This document shows positions 37,601 through 49,763 of a DNA stretch of 64,000 nt, piece by piece (positions within the stretch are counted from its first letter, which is position 1; the number at the start of each line of letters is the position of its first letter). Source of the DNA: Euglena gracilis (lineage: Eukaryota); contig CP154954.1 of NCBI GenBank assembly GCA_039621445.1, positions 7,389,425 through 7,453,424 of the forward strand. Direction: 5' to 3'. The position numbers were made by a program, and so were the translations under genes. The notes beneath the pieces are model-generated. The model was not told where the DNA came from, did not search any database, and saw only the letters and a list, made by a program, of their open reading frames with translations.

Positions 37601-40600
37601 CAAAGTGCCGAGGGCCACCGCCAGCTTCCGGTAGAACATCCGCTGCCCGAACGCGTCCCACTTCTTGTCCAGCACCTGCCGCACCTCCGCGCTGACGATG
37701 AGGTCCAGCCGTGGTGCGTGGTGCCCAAGGGCGGCGCCATTCTGCGCTGGCCCATCAACGCACTCCCACCAGGCACACAACGCCCAGGCACACATGGATA
37801 AGGCTAAAAGAATATGCACAATACCCGACACAGAAATATATTCCACATAAAAATTTGCCTGGGAGGATATCTCCCCAAAATGAGAAATCACATGCGTGGT
37901 TTATCAGCTAGCAACTTTAGTTGGCAAACATGACAACCATTCGGTTTCCAACTTTCAAGATGGAAAACAGAACAAAAAGTATTCCCAATTTTTTTTCGAT
38001 CTTAAATTGAAAACTCAAGTTGAGTTTAATGTGCAACAGAAATTGGCATGTAAAATATCTATCAACTGCGTCATTCAAATCCAGTAAAAAATGTGGGATC
38101 CTTCCAACCTGACCTCAGCAATTAAATTGGACATAATATCCTGGGGACATACTGGCCAGCACTGCGACTGTGACCGTTTTTGGCATAATTTCCACTTTTT
38201 CCCTCAAAAAAGGAGATAATGAACACCTCTCCTTTCCCTCAGAAAAGGAGAGGTGCAATTGTTCATATAAATACATATGAACAATTGCACCGAGCTGTGG
38301 CAGGAAATAACGAAAGCGATCTCTGGGTTGAAACTCTCAATGACATTTTGAAAAACAGAAAAAATAGAAAAACAAATTCAATGTGGGTAAACCCTCCCCC
38401 CAAATATAACCCCCCAAAAACAACCCCCCAAAATATTCCGACATCAGGATCGGAGCTACAACCACCCAAAACAACACCAAAAGGAGGGGTTTTTGGACTT
38501 GTTGCGACCTACACAGACAACATTTTTGGTTTCGCAGAGACGGAGACGAAATTTTTTTCACGAGGAAAAAACCATGCTGAATAATATGCTTAAAACTAAA
38601 GGAAAATGTCATTGTTTATGCACTCCCCAGGGCACAGGGCTGGAAGAAAACGTTTTACTGCATCCAAAAAAAGTCGCAATAATATTTCTGTGCTCTACCT
38701 CCCATCCCTGGACTTCGAGCAGAAAAATAATGCCCTAGGGGTTATTTGGGGGTGGGGGCTTATCCCCTGCCTATATCCAACAACCAGTTTTAACAACATC
38801 TGTACGCCAATAGGGGGAGGTCGCTGTCCTCCGACTGGGGGTCTGTCGTTACAGAGGTTTTTTTTGTTTGGTACAAAGAAACACTCCTGCGGACTTTCCA
38901 AAATGCCGAATAATCCTTCGACCTTGGGGCGGGATAATCGTTGGGCATAGGGGAAAACCTCCAGAGGAAAATTCGTTTTGAGACCTCTTGAAACCATGCA
39001 ACGATAAAAAAAACTCATCAGGATCCAACAGCAAAGGAAAGACAAAGGCCCCCTGGGGGACCACGGCACCTGCTCCACTTCTCGAGGTACTCGGTTGTCC
39101 ACCAGTTTCAGGCAATTTGTGACAGAGCAGGCCAGCCAGAGATGGACCGCCGAACAACGTGGGACTTCCAAAGTTCTTCCAAAGTTCAGAAGTTGTGTAC
39201 AATTCTCAAGGGTTAAAAGATAACAAAAAGTGTGAACAATTGGGCCCCCCATGGGGGCCAGGTAGTTTTCCCGTGGGAGGGGGGGTCGACTTTCCCAGAT
39301 GCACTGCACTCGGGTTGCACACTGGGTATCGGATTATTTTTCGTTTTGTTTGGCACTTTACGGCTGCCACACAGAATACATACATATTTGGTACAGTCGT
39401 GCAATGCCCCCCCAGTCCAAGTGTGCATTTTACATCATCAATTTTGAGGTATGGGCTCAGGCTCAGGCAGTCAGGAACAGACGGAGAGCCGGATGGCTTT
39501 GCAGGCCTGGGCAGGGATCCGAGCCCCGGCGCACATACAATCGATGGCAGTTTTGACGGCCTCTCCAGAGTTGGGGTCGATGGATGGCTGTTCAAGGCCG
39601 CACGGGGGGAACAGCTTGCACGTGATGGGAGCAGGCGTGGGGGCCAACGTTCTACAGGAGCTTGCTTCTTCGACTTGAAAGACCATCCCAAAAATGGATT
39701 TCGATTTTTTTTAAAAGAAAAACAACGAAAGGGGATAAACAGAACATGAAAAAAATTCGATATGTGGAGCAGAAATCTGGTTCTATATATTTTTTTCTCG
39801 ACAACGTAGGTTTTAGTGTCCGCCTTTCAATTAATATTTATAACGTGTTTTCACGGCTTTACACATTACCTGCTTCAAAGGGGGTGGGTCGGAGGTTCAG
39901 GGGAGTCGAACCCTGTAGAAATGTCCTGAAAAAAACCCTGTAGCTAACCCGTTGAGTAATGCCATACAAACCAGCTAGATGTTGTAGAACAAAGTTACGC
40001 ATTGCAAAAACGCAATACATTAGTAATGCGCCTAAATATGGGTCAAAAGAAAGTATTCTTTCAAATTCAAATTGCATCACAATTAGGGGTGTAAACTGCC
40101 TGAGTGGGACCATAATCCCAGGCGATCACCGAGTACTTCGCCAGGATGTGTTGTAAAGCAGCCAACACGAAATACCCCAGCAATCAGCCGAAGGCGTAAA
40201 ATCTTCACTCTTCCATGCACAGTGAAGCGTTGGAGGAAAAAATGCTCAATTTGCAGGGAAAAAGGCAGTGTGGATGGCTAGGGACTTTGAAGCAGTTGCT
40301 ATAAATGAACAGAATCCAAAACTGCACCTTTAAATTGGAGGGGGTGTCATCGTTAGCAATCACTGGCAAACAAATCCTTTAGCTCCCCCCCCCCCTTGTC
40401 TAAGAACCAGAAAAGATAGATAAGAACCAGGGGGGGTGGCTTAATTTGCCAAAATATGGGTAAGAACCGGGTGGTGGTATGAAACAAGGAGGAAAACTAT
40501 GACTGCAAAAAATCCGGTGCTTCGTGCTGAAAAGGAAAAAAAAATTCTTGGTTTGGAGGTCCACTGTTGAACATACAGGTATTTGGATGCAAAAACCAAT

Positions 40601-43600
40601 AATATTTCACCAAATCAGGCTGCAGAAATCCCGAAACTATCGAGGCATTTGTCTTGAAAGTGCACACAAAATAAGCCTCCCTAATAAGATGACCTTTAAA
40701 AAAGTGGTTAAGAACCGGGGGGGGGGGTGCTTCCCCAGGTGAAAGGGGTACGATCTGGGGGCCGGGGAGCATGCGGATATTCCAACCAAAACAGCGAAAT
40801 GGGTTGGTTGTGGCTGCAGCCTGCCGCGGCCAACCAAACCAAGTCTAAACTCCCATGCCACACCCTCTGATTTGCTGGAGAAATTGTCACCCAGGCTTCG
40901 AGAGGGAGGGGAACATTACCCTCCCCCCCCCCCCGCCTTGTCCAAGCTCCACCCTTGTCAGGAATCATCATTTGGGTGTGCACCTGCTGATTTGTCAGAT
41001 GGTGTCCTCTTTAACCGAGACAGCTGTCCCCCGGCAGCTGCCACCTTCACTTCTGCAGCTTCCAACGTCCTGCTCTGTTGTCGACGCATGACACGTCGTC
41101 CCAGTGTGTTTCTGTGGGGCTTTCACCCTGTGGATGACAGCGTCCATTTAATAAATAACCGTAAATAGATAATAATCATCTCTTTGTACAATACGTACAC
41201 GTAAATGTAGAATATGGCTGAACGTCGTGCTCCTGAGTGACGTGCCGAAGCGAGCGTCAGCCCACGAGTATTCAACCCAGCTGGGCAGCCCTTCAGGTTG
41301 GCGAGTTGCCTGCAGGGGCCACCCCACAAATGGTGCTTTGGTGCAGGCCGGGCGGAACATGCGCTCCTGGCCCAGGGCGGCGGCGAGGGCCAGCGGGGTG
41401 AGCCGCTCCGCGTTGAGCCAGTGGCGCACGTCGCTGTCCTCCAGCCCCTCCCGCCGCATCTCCTCCACAACGTGGTCGCCCGCAACCCTTCCCCACCGCC
41501 GCCCGGCTCCCGCCTGCCCCGGAACAGCCGTGTTGTTTGGCACGCGAAAAGGCTGCTGGGGAGGTGTTGAGTGTTGAAATTAATTCGTTTTTAGGCTTAT
41601 CGTTCGTCGAACCTGGATCCAGCTGGCTCGGGCTCCTCTTCCATTCATACAATGCCTTGAACACCCCACCCCTTCCTGGCAAACAGCTCAATGTGTATTT
41701 GGCGTGCATCAGCTCGCCATTATGCTCCAAACACAAAACACATTGACAGCGGATAAAATCTGCATCAATCGCATGCCTACGTGTTCTGTTTCTCAGGACA
41801 CAAGAGTTGTGTTTCCACATCGGAAAAGTGCGTGTCTCTTTTACTTCTCCCACATGGTGTCTAATTACTTAATAGAAGAAAGCACACCCTGGCATCACAA
41901 ATTACGCTTGTAGACGCGTCCAACTGATTTCCATACAAAGGGTTATTCATATGCGTTCAGATATTGCTCCGACGAAATTCATAACATGTCTGCCTCTCTT
42001 TGAAAAAAGTTCAGAGCACGCCAGGACGGGATATGAGGGGATGGTTGGCCGTACATTTCGGGCAAATCAAACCCAGGGCTAAACCGGCATGTCATCATCA
42101 ACCACACTCAAGATGAGCATCCATTGGCAGAGAAGAGAATGAGAAATTAATTCGCTGGATTGTGAAAACAAAAAAAAAACAAGGAGCGAAACCTCGTAAG
42201 CCATCCATGTTCCCGGTGCACTCCAATGTGACATTGTAGGAGGAGCCCTGTGCGTGGATTACTGCCATATGAAGGGCAGAGTTGCCAAAACAATCCGTGG
42301 TGGTGATTAGGTGCAGAGGAACGCAAAGAGCAATTGAGGCGGTACGGCAAGACCAGAGAATAATGCTCCGGTGGGCAGATGCCAATTTATTTGTGATTTG
42401 GTTGTGGAATTCACAGAAAAGCTTTAATGACTAGGGGACAGCTCAAAAATGTGAAATTCAAAAAAAATGTGTGTTTTGTGCCGCCTCCAGATATATCTCC
42501 ACAACCAGCGCATTTCCTTTCATCCTCGCAGGGGCTGGAGAAGTTGCTCATTATTTTTCTTTCCAACGCTTCATAAATGGCAGATTCCTGTGCCCGTGGG
42601 TGTGCGTCGCCCTGCGCCGATTCTTCAGGAGGCGGCGCAGCCAGCAGCGGTCGGCACTCCGGGTGGCGGTGATGCACTGCAGGAGGTCCAGCTGGTTGCT
42701 GGACACTGCGAAGAGCAGCGGGCACCGGTTGCAGGGGCCGCTGGGCCGGGATGCCTCCCGCCCGCAGGGAGGTGGGGGTTCGACCCCCTCCCACACCCAC
42801 CACAACAACACCCCTGTGGGGGAGGGGGGTTTCAGGCATTCCCATACAGCCCCCTCCCACACCGGTGCTTCTTGGTAGAGGTTTTTTTAGGGCCTGAGGG
42901 GAGGGGGGGGGCGGACCCACCAACCCACCCACCCCCTGGGGGCCTCCTGGGGGGGGGGCTTGAGGGGGACCCACTTTGAGGGGTCAACTTTGGTCCAATT
43001 TTTTTCGGACCAAAAATAGAAGAAAACCCTGCCTCCAGCGGGGTGTCCACCCGGCCCGCCCCCCCCCCCCCCCCGGAGGGGGGGGCTCGGCCTTGACGCA
43101 CCACGCCCCCCCCCCCCCGGGTAACTAAACCTGCGTAAGAGCCTGACCGTTTTTGGGGTGGGGAAAGTGGAACTGTGCCACCAGTGGGGGGTGTAAGAAT
43201 GCAAGCAGGTCCCTGGCCCCCCAAAGTAGGCCTCTCCCCCGGGGGAGAAGAATGAACCAGTGGCAGGGGTGAGGTGGTGCGGGTGAATCAAGGAGTGTTG
43301 GGAGGTGTGAGATAAATATGGCAAAAAAATATGATCAGATAGATCAGATAGATGCAACGTTCTGGACTGGCCACCGTCATTCCCATGTCTTGTTTCAATA
43401 AACAAAGTGGAAAAATTTTGAACACGTCAATGATGAAAACTTTGGAACAACAGACTGACAGAATGTCACGTAGTTGTCATTCACGCAGTTGTCACATCGC
43501 CTCAAAAAAGGATTTGGAACCCAAAGGTCCTAAGGGATTTGCACCCCCCAAAATGATGTGAAAACATCAGGGATTGGTTTTCAACACTCCTGCGCCCATC

Positions 43601-46600
43601 TTCCTGGCTTAATAGCTTATTCCTCGTCTGTTGTGATCGGTCATCATCCCAACGCACATTAGCATAGCAACCCTGTTCATAATCAGTGACTTTACAGCAC
43701 ACGTTTGGAGCCCACTGTTTTGAAAGGAATAACACCCTCAGCCATATTGCCCCCCAGGGGGATGAGGTGAGGTTCTGTTTCCAAGGCCCAACCACAACCC
43801 TTCAACCCCGGGGTCGAATCTCAGCTAAAGGTCACTGAGAACGTTTTGTCAGGCATTTGTCGTTGTGAAGTAAGCACTTCCCATCGGAGAGGGCGGGGGA
43901 TAACCCCATTGGGGACCTTTGAAATGGAGGGCTTTGGCCTCACAACTGGCATGTTGTCTCCGCGTTGAGCAGCTCCGGGTGACGGTCCAGCAGCCATCGC
44001 ACCAGCTCTACGTCCTGGTCAGGGCTTTGCTGCATGGGTTGGAGAGGGGTTTGTTCAATCCTCAGTTGGAGGGGGGGATATTGTGGCCCATGCGGGGGCC
44101 AACCCCCACCTGCGGCGCAATCAGGAGTTTTCTTGAGGACCCTTGGGGGGTCCACCCCGTGGGCCGGCTGGAAAAAGGTGCTGGCTGGACCCCTCCCCCT
44201 AAAGAGTGTGGGGGTCCAGCTGGCTGGGAACAACAGCTGGACCCGGCGGGTACACCCCCCAAAAAATATATAAAAAAAATGCCAAAAAAGCCCAAACCCA
44301 GCCAGCTGCGTTGGCATTTCTCAGCCAAAATCTTGAGATGAAAACCCCAAAAAAAAACCACCCCAAAAAGTCAGTTTTAGCCATTTTTGACCCCTTTTCA
44401 AAATTTTATGGTCCAGCCTGGCTTCGCCAGGTTGGCCCGAACTTTATTTCAGTGGACCCCCCTCGGGGGGGGGGGGGTCCGATTCCCGCCAGGGAGGTGT
44501 GGCTGGTAAAAAGGTGCTGGCTGGACCCCCCCCCCCCGGAGGTTTGGGTCCCCTCAGGCTTAAGAGAACCCCTGGGCGCAATAACCAGCAATTCTGCAGC
44601 CACCAGCTGAACCACCTGATAACTCCCAACAGGCGGCTCGGGGGGGGGGTCAACTGGTTTTTGGCTGACCGCCAGGGAGGGGGGGGGGGGGGTGCCCAAA
44701 ATGGACCAAAATGCGGTTTTAAGCACATTTTGAGCAAGAACCCCCAAAATCAAAATTTTTGTCTGGACTCCCTTAAAATGTGGGGGAGGGTCCAACATCC
44801 CTGGTCTGAGGTGCGCCCCAAACCCCGAGTCACCCTCCTCGAATGGAACACTGCTCCCCCTTCTCCGGGAAAGGCCTGATCCTGGTGGATGATGGCGATG
44901 TGCAAGATGTTCTCCCCCGTGTATTCCCCTTCTTACATACACAGATGTCTGGGGCAGAATGACTTGGTGTGACAAAACGCTGCTTCCGTTCTCATCAATC
45001 TTCCAAGGGCCTACACAAAACAAAAACAGACCCCACCACACAACAAACTTGCACATGGTTCGACCAAGGCCCATAAACACGCCCACAGCAGCCCACCCCC
45101 AACCCGCCCGCCCACAGCCACATTCGGGGAATATATTTCTCTCGGCATTGGCACTCAGTTATATGTCATACTTTTCCATACCATCCTGATTGCCAGTTTA
45201 GGGTAGCACTCCACAAGCATCTTGCCGATGTCAGTCTGCCGGTACAGAAAAGCGATGTGGATTGGATTGGCTCCGACCGCATCAGACAGCAGGGGTCCAT
45301 TGTTTTTATCCAAACAGACCCAAAACCCAACCGTGAGAGACTTCGGAATAATAATAAAAATACCATTTCCGATGCACAAATACCCCAGCACGACTTGACT
45401 TCCAGCGTTCCAGCGTTCTGGGGCACAGGGACAGGAAACCGGTTGAAAGACGAAGAATCAATCAAGGGCCAAAGTGGTCAGAGTGGGGGAGGGAAGACTC
45501 GAACAAACTTTCCCGGATTTGAAAACTATGGGTTTCGGGGTATTAGGAAATGCACACTTTAAAACAAGGAAGGTTGGATCAGGTGGCGGTCCATTTGAAT
45601 CCATTTTGGTCCTGGAGGGCCTGGACCGCCCCTTCCCCGCCGTCCCCTTCTCCGGTCCTGAGCCCCTGGGCGGTGTGGCGCAGGACGGAGGGGTCCTGGG
45701 CCGCCAGCTGCCGCACCGCCTCCTGCCGGCCCTCCTTGATAGCCCGGAAGATCCCCGCGCCGGCAGGCTGGGGGGGGGGCATCCAGTGAGTTATTGGGGG
45801 GTATGAATTGGAACAATTACAATCAAAAGCAGCCAGCACACCGTAAGCACAGGTTCCAGCTGACATTTTTATTCCCCTTTGGCATATTGTCGTGTGAGGA
45901 GTTTATTTGGGTCCCTAGTACCTAGTACCGACTTAATTGTCACGTGATGGTTTCCTGGTGGGGTGGAAAATCAATCCAAACGTCAAGAGTGGCACAGGCA
46001 CAGTGGCGAGTGGCACAGGCACCTCTGCGCCACTCGCCTCCGGGAGGCCACAGGCGTCGGATTGCCCAGCAAAGTGCCCCCCAGCTGAGTTCCAGCAACG
46101 TTGGGCTGCCAAACCACCTTTGCCAACTTAGGGGTGGGCAATTTTCAATTGTCGGATGAACAGGACCATTAAATTAGGTCAGAATTATTTTTAAAAACTG
46201 CATTTAACAATTTGCTTTTTGGAAAAATGATCAATGATTTTGGGTACGCCCAAATAATTTTGCAGGCAATAGGGCCAAAAGATCGGTCTACTAACTTTGC
46301 AGACATTTTGAATGGATTTTTGTGCTTACCACCTCCTGAGTTCCCACAAAAAGATGCAGCATTCCACATGCTTTTCCTTCTGTCTGAAGGGGAGGGGGAT
46401 TATTATTATTATGGGGCCTTTCTTTTGAGCCGCAATATTTTTCAGCCTTCCCTCCGGCATGTTATTCGGGCACGCAAAGTTTGAGGGTATTGCAAAATTA
46501 TTTGGGAGGCAGGGTTTACAGAACGGTAGAAAACAGGCGTGGCACTTTGAATCCAAGTGATGAAGGCCTTGCTATTTGCAAGGAGGCGGAAGCAAACATC

Positions 46601-47070
46601 CCCCAATCCACAGGCATGCAATAATTCATTTGAATTTGGTTTCTGGTCTCTGGTAGCAAACTTCTTGGATCTGGTATTTCTGGTGATAAAAATTGATGCC
46701 TGGAAAAAACGTCCCTGGCCCCCATCCAGCCTGGGCCTTGTGCATCCGCTGCTGGTCGCTGCGAGAGCGGCTGTCATTGTGGGGCTGGGACTGCCGGCGG
46801 AGGGTGCGTGGCCGCGGGTGGGGCCCGCGGAGGTGAGGACAGCGGTGCGCCGAGGTAGGGTCGTTTCAGCCGTGCAAATGTGGACAACAATTACCAACAA
46901 AATTTTGATAAAACTCCCGTGGCGGGCCGCCACCCAATCCCAAACCCCGAATTTTGGTGGGGTGGGTGGGTGGGTCCAGGGCAGACCCCCCCCCTAGTTG
47001 GACTAAGGCTTCTTGTATGTTTATGGCCGGCGCTAACTACCGCTGGATCCCAGTGGATGAGGTGTTCCAT
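28766..47070 (-). CDS. Ankyrin-repeat TRPV-like cation channel, copy 2 (+1 frameshift in exon 5 as assembled; possible pseudogene or alternate haplotype)
   Basis: Same exon series as copy 1, shifted by about 25.4-25.6 kb, with the ATG at 47070. Exon 5 reads TAT GTA AGA AGG instead of TAT GGA GAA GGG (44933-44936). Exon 18 is in frame here (NVFCFLFLSSVALR). Confidence 0.85.
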
Positions 47071-47617
47071 TGGTCAGTCAGTTCAAATAAAGTTTTGTGT
47101 TCATTCAAAATGAAGGAACACAGTGGAACAGGGCAAACACCTTGTGCTGTGGGACAGCCTCCCACAGCAGGCACCCTCCCAGGGGGCCCAGTGATCATTC
47201 CCTTGACCATTCCCATTCCCATTCCCTTCGGTCCCAAGCTCCTTCGGCGGTGGGGGGGGTGACACTGGTTGCGCTGGGGTGTCCTTTGGCACTGCCCAGC
47301 CAAACCCCGCCCGCCAGGGGGGGTCGAAAATGCCCAACCACCTGCCTGCCCACAGCACCAACCCCTCAGAGAGCGAACCTCCTTAAAAATAAAGAAGAAG
47401 CCGACCCAACCACCCCCAACCCACCCACCCACACTCAAATACCCACGCACCGGGGAGGTCACGCGGTGTTAAATGCATCCGTGGTCAAAATGCTTCTGCC
47501 TTTCCCCCTTCTGGGCCTTGCTGCCCAAGGCCCCCACCCAGGCATCCATCTTGGGCAGAGCAGGTCTGCCAGGGTTGCGGGGCCCTCCGATTGGGCAGAA
47601 GGGCAGTTGCAAGGCTC

Positions 47618-47621
<4 letters not shown>

Positions 47622-47670
<49 letters not shown>

Positions 47671-47690
47671 GCGCATGCACATGCACACAC
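47622..47690. repeat. (CA)n microsatellite
   Basis: Directly visible; another lies at ~58395-58470. Confidence 0.95.
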
Positions 47691-49083
47691 AAAAATCCAT
47701 CCTTTAAATGGGCACTAGATGAGTGAAAGCTACAAAGAAACTTCGAGGAAGGGCAAGCTGGAGAACCTTGGGCCGCGGAGCAGGGACGCGGCGGCCCGGA
47801 ACAGCAGGCGCCCGGTGAACCCCGGGAGCGGGGTGGATTCGCGTGGGTGGACAAAATGGGAACCTGTGCGCCGCAGGGGTGCCCAGATCTCATGTGCACG
47901 GGCGCGCCACAACCCCGGTGGGCATGTGTGCTCGTCCCAGCGGTGTTGCGGCGGTGTGTGGCGGTTCGTTGCGGCGGTGCACCAGGGCAAACATCCTTTC
48001 GATACCCGGTACGTGTATCCCCTTTCCGGCGCCACCCCCCGGCTGGGCGGTCCTTCTCGGCCGTCTGAGCCCCACGCCTGTTTGGCGCGACGACGGTGGA
48101 CGGCAGGTCCCCTGGCTGCGGCTGCAACGCCACCGCAGTGGCAGGCCCCGGCCCTGGGAGGGATTTCGGTGGGACCCCATCCCGGTCAATTGACTTCGAA
48201 GGTTGGCTGGGCTCACAAGAGATAGAGGTTCGGCGTTTGAATATATTACCCTGACCCACAACACAAAAGAGCACCCGAAACCTGAACGGAATACCCGCCA
48301 TTATTGGCATAAAAATATACACCTCTATAATAAGCACAATAAGAATGAAAAATAAGAATAAAATGCCACTAAACGTAAATGCCCTTTAAGACCGCGACGT
48401 GTACTTTTGTACATGTACTTTTGAAAGCTGTTTGTGTTGACTCCAATAGACGCAAAAGGTGCGACTATTTATGGTACCCAAATGTGTAACAGACGCACGA
48501 TAACCCATGTCCCAATTTAAGAGGAAAGAACGCTTCCTAAAGAGCTCCTTGGGTTGTTGACGGAAAGTCACCAAAAACTGTTCTTGGTGGGAATTCACAA
48601 GGAAACTGATAATAAATAAATGATAATCCTGAAAAATGGAGGCTTGCCGCGGCCTGCCAGCTCCCCTTTGACTCTGTCAAGTACAGGTCTGCTGGTGCAG
48701 TATCCATGTCAGTGCTGGGATGGCCGGATGGCTCAGCGGCAGAGGGCACAAGAACCTCGCGATGAACCGACCCGAATCATCCCCCCCCCCCAGCAACAGG
48801 AAGCATATCTGCCGAAAACTTTATTCAGAAAACGTCCTTGTCCTGCTGCCGCTTCCCTTGGATGGGCACTCTTTAGGAACATATCTTCGACGCACACTGG
48901 AAATGCTGCGATTGGCGTTTTGCCCACACGAAGAAACTGAGCCTTTTGTTTTCATTCTTTGTCCAATTAATGCTCTTCAGATCCCAATGTTTCCATACAA
49001 GCTGCATACAGCCGCATCATAACCCAAACACCAACCCATAAGCATAAAATTAGCTTTAAAAAATAGTATATACAATGTTATTT

Positions 49084-49763
49084 GGCAGCCCGAAACTACT
49101 GCCCCCCCCCCCGGGGGGGCCCAGTAGTTAATCCGGGGGGTCAAGGTAATTTTTTTGCGTTAATGATGGAATAGGGTTAGGTGCGCGACTTAGGCTTAGG
49201 GTTAGGCCTAACTTGTACACCGAACACCCGTCTATAAGTTAGGCCTAACCCTAACCCTAAGTCGCGCATCTAACCCTATTCCATCATTAACACGAAAAAA
49301 CTATTTTGACCCCCCGGATTAACTACTGGGCCCCGGGGGGGGCAGTAGTTTCGGGCAGGGTTCGATATAAGGACAGGTGGGGGGGGTCCGGACCCCCCCC
49401 TGCGGGCCAGGAGGGGGGGGGGTGGGGGGGACACCCCCCCCCACCTAAACAGGTGCGCGGTCAGGGTGGCCGAAAATTTTTGACCCCCCAAAACGACCAA
49501 AAGTGCCATTTTGGGCACTTTTTGGGCAAAAATGTGCCAAAAATGCAAAAAAATTTCGTCGCAAAGCGCCGGAGGAAAAAATTGACCCTTTTTGGGGGGG
49601 TCAATTTTTGCCCCCGAGGGTCGGTCCGGACCCCCCTTGCAGGTGGGGGGGGGGTGGTCCGGACCCCCCCTGCGGGCCAGGAGGGGGGGGGGGGGGGGGG
49701 GGGACACCCCCCCACCTAAACCATGTACGCCCTCCTTATATCGAACCCTGGTTTCGGGCTGCC
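49084..49763. mobile_element. Foldback MITE with TTAGGG-like repeats in its arms; hosts the nested insertion
   Basis: Inverted arms of about 130 bp starting GGCAGCCCGAAACTACTG; flanks TGTTATTT / TGTTGTTT form an 8-bp TSD with one mismatch. Confidence 0.85.
49356..49750. mobile_element. hAT-like MITE nested in another element
   Basis: Perfect 17-bp TIR CAGGGTTCGATATAAGG and a perfect 8-bp TSD GTTTCGGG (49348-49355, 49751-49758). Confidence 0.92.

Larger units (their letters stand above)
1..47415 (+). repeat. Direct segmental duplication: 1-21958 repeated at ~25393-47415
   Basis: Collinear, near-identical sequence, and the ORF track repeats with a ~25.4 kb offset. Copy 1 ends at the N gap. 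Confidence 0.97.

Noticed and set aside
47719-48225. Plus-strand 168-aa ORF and other plus-strand ORFs
   Set aside because: No recognisable motifs; best explained as GC-rich antisense shadows of minus-strand exons or repeat-derived frames.
49170-49280. TTAGGG repeats as a telomere
   Set aside because: Only a few degenerate units, arranged as an inverted pair inside a MITE.
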